A DNA stretch of 64,000 nucleotides, taken from positions 544,001-608,000 of the forward strand of contig CBDCYI010000011.1 in NCBI GenBank assembly GCA_965224085.1, given 5' to 3'. Positions 57,459 to 64,000 of this stretch are shown in pieces. Position 1 is the stretch's first letter. Each line of letters begins with the position of its first letter. Both the position numbers and the translations under genes were made by a program. The notes below the pieces were generated by a model. That model did no database searches. It saw only the letters and a list, made by a program, of their open reading frames with translations, and had not been told where the DNA came from. The stretch is from Candidatus Marinacidobacterales bacterium (GTDB lineage: Bacteria > Acidobacteriota > Vicinamibacteria > Marinacidobacterales > SMYC01).

Positions 57459-59513
57459 TTAAGGTACTTTTGCCTCCTCAGACTTTCCCCCCGGTGCTTC
57501 TTCCCACGTGTACTCCCTGTCCATCACCCAACGCTCGAACCAGTCCAGCTCCACGTTTGCCTTGAAGAGCTGATGGCGAAGCTCTCGCCAGCCGTGGCCC
57601 TCTCGCGGGGCTACGTACAGGTGGGTCGGCACGCGGTGGTAGCGAAGCGCCTTGAACAGTTCCACAGACTGGGGCAGGGGCACTCGCGGGTCGCCTTCTC
57701 CCACCAGGATGATCGTGGGGGTTGTGACCCGATGTACGTCTTTGAGCGGGGAGTTGCCCCAATACCGATCGATGGGAGCGTCTTGTTCCCAAGGCGTGCC
57801 TCCGAACCAGGGGGTGCGATAGTTCTGTACGTCACTCTGGGCGTACATCGAAATCCAGTTCGCGGCCCCAGCCCCTGATGCGGCGGCTTTGAAGCGGTCC
57901 GTGTAGGTGATGATCTTGTTGGTCATGTGGCCGCCGGCGCTCCAACCCATCTTCGCCATCCGGTTTTCGTCCACCAGGCCACGCTCGATCAGGTAGTCCA
58001 CTCCCGCCATGACGTCCTTGTGCGCCTGGTCGAAGTAGTGGCCGACCATGTTGCGCAGGAACTCGTCTCCGTAGCCCGTGCTCCCGCGGTAGTTGGGTTT
58101 GAACACCATGTAGCCCATGGCGTTGAGTACCGGGACATAGGTGAAGGACCTCGGGAAGGAGAACTTGTCCGACGCGGGGGGACCGCCGTGCGTCTGGACG
58201 ACCAGGGGGTAACGTTCGCTTTCTCGGTAATCGGCGGGGTAGAAGATCAGGCCCTCCACCGTAACCTCGTCCTCTCCCTTCCACTGTACGGCCTCCTGGC
58301 GCGGCAGCTCGAATTCACTCTCCAGGTGGTCGAACACTCGGGTGATGCGGACGGGCTCGGCGCCCGAGGCGTCGTCCAGCGTCCAGACGTCTCCGGCGTT
58401 GGTCCGCGTGCTCATCGTGAAGACGTGGCGCCGGAGCTCGGGCAGGTACTGCCAGGCTCGGATCATGTGGTCCCCGCGGGTAAGTTGCGTCACTGCGCCG
58501 TTTCCCACGCCGGCCTTGAACAGCTGCTGTCGCACGCCTGTGTTACCGAGGAAGAAGATCGATTGCCCGTCGGATGACCAGATGGCCCCGGATGCCTGGT
58601 GTTGCAGGTCGGGAACCAACAGCCGAGGCGTACCACCGGAAGCTGGGACGAGGAAGATCCTGTCGTTGTAGTAGAACTCGAATTCCTCGTTGAAGAAGCC
58701 GGTGAACAGGATCTGACCGTTGTCCGGTGAGAGCTGAGCGACCTTCTCCGGCACCGAATTGTTCGTTATCCTTCGGGCGCCGCGGCCGTCGGCATCGGCC
58801 AACCAGACCTCGCTTGTTCCGTTGTCCCAGACGGGGGCGGGTCGGCGGTGAAAGACGAGCCGGGTGCCGTCCCGAGACAGGTAATAGTTGCTCACCGAGA
58901 AGTCTCCCTCGGTGAGGCGCTCGGCCACGGCGCCGTCGTCGGCCATCCGCCAAACGTGTTCCTGCTGGTAGTCTTCATCGTATCGGAAGACGTCGTCCTC
59001 GGCTTCGTCCCGTTTCTTTTGCGCCTCGGTCTTCTCGTCTGGTGCTACGAAGTAGATCCAACGTCCACCCGGCGACCACTCGATGCGCGAGACGGACGTG
59101 GGATGCTCGGTCAGGGCCCACGCCTCGCCGCCCCGAGTATCGAGCAAGTAGATCTGCGAGTGTTCTTCCTTGCCTCGCTTCGCGAGAAAGGCGACCCGGT
59201 TCCCGTCGGGTGACCAGCGGGGAGACGACTCCCCGTCCTCACCGTTGGTGAGCCTGACGGTACCCGAGCCGTCCGCGTTGACCCTCCAGATGTGAGAGAT
59301 TGCTTTGTTCTTCTCCCAGTCCGCGACCGAGAGGAGGTAAAGGAGCTGACTTCCGTCCGGGGAGAGCCCGGGTTCTGCCAGCGTTGGGATGTCGAGCATG
59401 TCAACGATCGTCATGGGTCGGCGCTGCTGGGAAGAGGCGGCTCGTGCCGTGAAGAGGACGAGGAGGGTCACCGAGACGCATGCACGGGCGTTTAGCAACG
59501 GGCGGTACTTCAT
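57459..59513 (-). CDS. S9 family peptidase, exported
   Basis: Signal peptide, THGGP, NYRGSTGYG, MGWSAGG, GEGDPRV, REGHG. Confidence 0.93.
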   Translation of the reverse strand: MKYRPLLNARACVSVTLLVLFTARAASSQQRRPMTIVDMLDIPTLAEPGLSPDGSQLLYLLSVADWEKNKAISHIWRVNADGSGTVRLTNGEDGESSPRWSPDGNRVAFLAKRGKEEHSQIYLLDTRGGEAWALTEHPTSVSRIEWSPGGRWIYFVAPDEKTEAQKKRDEAEDDVFRYDEDYQQEHVWRMADDGAVAERLTEGDFSVSNYYLSRDGTRLVFHRRPAPVWDNGTSEVWLADADGRGARRITNNSVPEKVAQLSPDNGQILFTGFFNEEFEFYYNDRIFLVPASGGTPRLLVPDLQHQASGAIWSSDGQSIFFLGNTGVRQQLFKAGVGNGAVTQLTRGDHMIRAWQYLPELRRHVFTMSTRTNAGDVWTLDDASGAEPVRITRVFDHLESEFELPRQEAVQWKGEDEVTVEGLIFYPADYRESERYPLVVQTHGGPPASDKFSFPRSFTYVPVLNAMGYMVFKPNYRGSTGYGDEFLRNMVGHYFDQAHKDVMAGVDYLIERGLVDENRMAKMGWSAGGHMTNKIITYTDRFKAAASGAGAANWISMYAQSDVQNYRTPWFGGTPWEQDAPIDRYWGNSPLKDVHRVTTPTIILVGEGDPRVPLPQSVELFKALRYHRVPTHLYVAPREGHGWRELRHQLFKANVELDWFERWVMDREYTWEEAPGGKSEEAKVP

Positions 59514-59517
59514 TGAT

Positions 59518-62500
59518 TCACCTCACTCTCGAGACGACCTTCGGCGTGGCGGGATACAGACCCTTCGTGGCGAGATCGCGGTAGAGCTCCGAGATGCTCG
59601 AGAGGGTTTCGTTGAGCTCCGCAATGACCTCGTCCAGCTCGCCAGAAAGTTTCGCGAGAAGCCTCGTCTGCGCCTCGGTGGGAACCGCTGTCGCGCCGAG
59701 GATGGCTCCTCTCAAACGCGAGATGTTGCCCCGAACGTCTTCGTCCGCCGGGCGGCCGCGTTGACGTCCAAACACACCGAAGCGCCGCCGCAGCACCTCC
59801 AAACGCTCGGAGATCTCTTTCACTTCAGCGAGGTCATGCTTCTCGACGGCCTTCTCGACCGGCGAGAATTGCTCGTTCAGATCGACCACCGTGTTCGCCG
59901 CCTCGTTCGCTCTACGGTTCAGCTCGTAGGCCCGACGCGCGGCCTCGTCGTAGACACGCCGATCCGCGTCGTTCAACGGCACGTCCGGATCCTGAGAAAC
60001 CTCGATCTCCGCGCTCGCTCCGTCCTTGCCGTCGACGACCACGTGAGCGCTATAGATCCCGGGAGAAACGAACGGGCTGTCGTATCGCGCTCCCCAACCC
60101 CGGCGGTCGGGTTGGCTCACCACTTCCGGAAGCGGAGCAAAGCGCAAGTCCCAGCCGACCTGATGGATGCCGGCGGACTTCATCGCTTCGATCTCGGTAA
60201 CGACCGCTCCGTTGGAGTCCCGGATCTCTATCGTAGCTTCTTCGACGTCGGAACCGAGACGGTAGGTGAGCATCCCCGCCTCCGGGTTCTTGCCGAAAAA
60301 CTGGCGGTTCCCCCCGAACTCGGGAATCCGGTTACCGGCCGGGGTTTGCTGGGTCGCGGGCGCGGTCGCAAAAATGTACGCGTCCGTCTCCGCCGCCTTG
60401 GCATAATCCTGAAACGGCGTGAGGTCGTCGAGAATCCAGATACTCCGGCCGTGCGTTGCCAGGATCATGTCATTCTCGCGCGGGTGGAGCGCGATCTCGT
60501 AGATGGGCACCGTGGGAAGATTGGCTTTGACCCGGTGCCACTCACGGCCGCGATCCACGGCGACGTACAGACCCCGCTCGGTCCCCAGGTACAGCACGTC
60601 GGGGTTTTTCAGGTCCTCCATCATCGTGCGCGCGACCTCGCCCGCGGGCAGGTTCGACTCGAGAGAGCGCCAGCTCTTGCCAAGATCGTCGCTCGTGTAC
60701 ACGTAGCTTCCGAAGTCGTTTACCCGATGGGCATCGAACGTCGCGTAGACACGATTCGACTCGAAGCGCGACGGCGCGAGCCGCGAGACGTTGGCGCCAG
60801 CGGCGAGCCCCGGAACGTTCTTCGTCACGTCCGACCAGTTGACGCCTGCGTCGGAGGAGACGTGTACGAGTCCGTCGTCGGAGCCCGCCCAATAGAGTCC
60901 TTCGCGAATCTCCGATTCCGCGAAAGTGACGAGCGTCGGAAAGTGCGCGATGCCGTCGTGTTTGGCTATCGTCACGTCCTTGCCGTAGACGCCCATGAGC
61001 TCGAGCTCATCCCGGTCGACGTTCCTCGTGAGCTCGGGGCTGATTGCGGTCCACAGGTGACCCCGATCGCGCGAACGGAAAACCTTGTTCGCAGCGACGA
61101 AGACGGTGGCGGAGTCGTGGGGCGAGAGCAGCATCGGCGTGTCCCAGTTCCATCGGAGCTTCGGCTCGTCCTCCTCGGGCTCTGGACGGATCGACTGGCG
61201 CTCGTTCGTCACCCGGTCCACGCGGTTCATGCGACCGTTCTGGGACTCGGCGTACATGATCCTTGGGTTGTCGGGGTCGGCAAGGGCGACGAAGCCATCG
61301 CCACCACCGATGATGAACCAATCGTCGTTCGCGATGCCCGCGTAGCTGCGCACCCTGCTCGGCCCACACCACGTGAAGTTGTCCTGTAGACCCCCGCAAA
61401 CGTAGTAGGGTGTGCTCATGTCGTAGCTCACGTGGTAGAACTGCCCGACCGGCATGTTGTTGAGCCAGACGTAGGTCTCGCTTCGGTCGTAGGAAATCCC
61501 CACGCCACCGTCACCTCCAAGCATGAGGTGGCTCGAGTCGTTCGGGTCGATCCACATCGCGTGGAAGTCCACGTGGATGCGCCGGGCGCCGTCGTCCCGG
61601 AATGTCTTACCGCCGTCGTCCGAGACGAGGAGCGGCGTTCCGAGCACGTAAATGCGGGAGTCGTCCGTCGGGTCGACACGGATCTGGCTGAAGTACATCG
61701 GACGCGGGTTCACCGACGAGAACTTCGTCCAACTCGCCCCCGCATCGTCGGAACGGTAAACGCCGCCTTCGTCCTCGTGCTCGATGCGCGCATAGACGAT
61801 GTCCGGGTTCTTGCGGTAGACGTCGAGCCCGATCCGTCCCTTCGGACCCTCCGGAATGCCCTCGGTGAGTTTGGCCCAGCTACGTCCACCGTCGGTCGTC
61901 TTGTAGATTGCGGTCCCAGGCCCGCCTCCGTTGAATCCCCAGGTCCGCCGACGCCTCTGATACATCGCCGCGTAGAGCACCTTGGGATTTCTCGGATCCA
62001 TCACGAGCTCGGTCGCGCCGGTGTCGTCGTCGACGTGGAGGACGCGCTCGAAGCTCTCGCCGCCGTCAGTCGTCTTGTAGACACCGCGTTCGCCTCCCGC
62101 GCCCCAGAGGCTCCCGAGAGCCACGACGTAGACGACGTCCAGGTCGGTCGGATCGATGACGATGCGCGCGATGTGCATCGATTCCCCGAGCCCCATGTTC
62201 TTCCACGTCTTGCCCCCGTCGGTCGACTTGTAGATTCCGTCACCCCAGGAAGAGCTCTGCCGGTTGTTGTTCTCGCCCGTTCCCACCCAGACGAGGTTCG
62301 GATCCTCTCGAGCGACCGCGAGATCGCCGATGGAGGAAGTGGTCTGGTCGTCGAACACCGTCTCGAACGTCGTACCGTTGTTCGTCGTCTTCCAGATACC
62401 ACCGGTGGCGGTCCCCACGTAGAAGACAGCGGGGTTCGACTCCAGCACAGCGAAGTCGTCGATACGGCCCGCGGGGGTAGCAGGCCCGATCTCACGGAAC

Positions 62501-62594
62501 CGGAGCCCGTCGAAGGGCCCGTTCTCTTTGGCAGTCGCAAAACGGCCGTTAGCGTCACAACGACAGTACAGGCGAGTGCGCGTCGCGCGTTCAT
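59518..62594 (-). CDS. VPS10/BNR-repeat (sortilin-like) propeller protein; apparent 1-nt deletion in a T-run near the 5' end
   Basis: FREIGPATPAGRIDD, GDGIYKSTDGGKTW, GGLQDN, GGDGF, ATHGRSIWILD. The RBS, ATG 62594 and signal peptide are in another frame until ~62540. Confidence 0.87.
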
Positions 62595-62700
62595 GGCTCC
62601 TCCTCAGCTAAGAAGAGCGATTCTATCTGAATAACGACAAAAAATCCGCGCCTGAACAGGTTGCGCATCATTTCTCGGGGTCGTCCGGTTGCTCTTGCGC

Positions 62701-62910
62701 TCAGAACCCGATACCGACCGCAATCGAAAAACCAGGACCTCCTCGCCCTACGGTTCCGAGGTGGACTGTTGGCGATACTCGCTCCCACGCTTGTCCAAGA
62801 CTAATGGCCCCAATCGCGGCCCCAATGAGACCACCGAACAGCCCTCTTGACCACGCCCCAAGCGCGACGGCTTCAGCGACGCTCGAGCCGTTTTCGCCAA
62901 CCTGATTGAG
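62701..62910 (-). pseudogene. Start-less 3' remnant of a glycine-zipper membrane protein
   Basis: ...GLFGGLIGAAIGAISLGQAWERVSP...FSIAVGIGF*. Confidence 0.5.
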
Positions 62911-62923
62911 TCCAGAACTATAT

Positions 62924-64000
62924 TCAGGGTTGATGACGTATGACGCTGGGAAAGGAAGTTCCGACGGACCAACCCTGAGTTTTCGTAATTTGCGCGGGCT
63001 GGGTGAGTTTCTGGCCCCCGACTTTCAGGGTGACGAGATACGCGCCAATGGGGACCCATTGATCCGGCGTGTATACGCCTCTGCCACCCGCTCGACGTCC
63101 CCCCGCTGCCCCTTCCACACGCATGTTCCAGACGACGGTGTTGATGCCGGCCGCGGTCTCTCCCTTGAGTCGGGCAACCTCCGTGCCACGGAAATCGGTG
63201 ATGACGATGCTGGCTGAATCGTTCCGCGCGTTTTTCAGATAGTACTGGATCACCATCCCATTCGGCTCGTTCGGAGTCACGATGTACCGCTGGGAAAACA
63301 GCCTATCGTTCGCCCCGAAGGCCCAAATGATCCTCTGAACCGTCGGCTTGATCTCGAAAAGATGGGTATCCTTCACCAGAACCGTGTTGTTCAGCTCCTG
63401 GAGTGGACCGATATTCGTAATAAAAACACTTCGCCCCCACGTTCCGACCACCAGATCGTGCTCTCTCGGATGTACGCATAAATCGAGTACGGGGACATTG
63501 GGGATGTTGTTGTTCATCTTCAGCCACTTTTTCCCACGGTTGATCGAAACGAAGAGACCCCCGCCACTGCCAACGAAGAGAAGATCCGGATTCTTGTTAT
63601 CTTCCCACACGACGTGGATCGGCTCGTCCGGGAGGTTTCCGGAGATCGACGTCCAGGTCGCTCCAAAGTCGTCAGTGCTGTAAAGGAACGGACGGAAATC
63701 GTCCATCTTGTTTCCGCTCTTCGCCACGTAGGCCCGACGCGCCGCGTGGTTGGATGCGAACACCCGACTCACGTAGGCCTCTTTCGTGCCGCCCACGGCG
63801 GCGATGGCCTGCGTCCGGTCCGTCCACGCTCCGCCGCCGTTTTGAGTGATGTGCACCGTCCCGTCGCTCGTTCCGGTCCATATGACTCCCGGGCTCACCG
63901 GGGATTCCGAGATCGTCGATATTGCGAACCAATAGAGGGGTGCTTGAACGCCGGGCTCCGTCGAGGGAAGTAGCTTCGATGGATCGTTCGTGCTCAGGTC
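62924..64000 (-). CDS. VPS10/BNR-repeat protein, C-terminal part (continues beyond the window)
   Basis: ISESPVSPGVIWTGTSDG, STDDFGATW, HPREHDLVVGTWGR, AGINTVVWNMR; homologous to 59518-62594. Confidence 0.87.
   Translation of the reverse strand, partial: DLSTNDPSKLLPSTEPGVQAPLYWFAISTISESPVSPGVIWTGTSDGTVHITQNGGGAWTDRTQAIAAVGGTKEAYVSRVFASNHAARRAYVAKSGNKMDDFRPFLYSTDDFGATWTSISGNLPDEPIHVVWEDNKNPDLLFVGSGGGLFVSINRGKKWLKMNNNIPNVPVLDLCVHPREHDLVVGTWGRSVFITNIGPLQELNNTVLVKDTHLFEIKPTVQRIIWAFGANDRLFSQRYIVTPNEPNGMVIQYYLKNARNDSASIVITDFRGTEVARLKGETAAGINTVVWNMRVEGAAGGRRAGGRGVYTPDQWVPIGAYLVTLKVGGQKLTQPAQITKTQGWSVGTSFPSVIRHQP

Noticed and set aside
59389-61389. Long antisense ORFs (666 aa here; also 18898-20400, 27968-29437, 48131-49573, 21511-22815, 25096-26316, 2570-3709)
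   Set aside because: They lie opposite well-supported genes and have no motifs. Such shadow ORFs are expected from high-GC codon bias.

Overview
GC-rich bacterial accessory region, probably from Acidobacteriota (inferred from a GWxTD protein, an Oar-like TonB-dependent receptor and a PRTADGKPDL-family remnant). About 60 kb is devoted to exported C-N bond hydrolases. The main feature is an array of signal-peptide amidohydrolase paralogs: 10 intact, 3 disrupted and 3 stubs, in three subfamilies. All 13 copies that keep strand beta-1 carry D-x-N-x-H instead of the canonical metal-binding D-x-H-x-H, and a His six residues after the metal-bridging Lys is nearly invariant. They are interleaved with six S9 peptidases, an M24 peptidase, two beta-propeller-amidohydrolase fusions, an amidase with a small Tat-signal partner, BNR/VPS10 propeller proteins, a TonB-dependent receptor with a sigma54-like promoter, a ThrC-like PLP enzyme and a DAACS transporter with rewired ion and substrate motifs. 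An IS1595 element, a complete IS200-type element and an identical partial copy of it are also present. The region shows turnover: duplication with reciprocal loss, leader swapping, short templated insertions and many gene stubs. Several single-base frameshifts fall in homopolymers and may be sequencing errors. No rRNA, tRNA, CRISPR array or transcription-factor gene was seen. All calls come from reading motifs by eye; no database searches were run.
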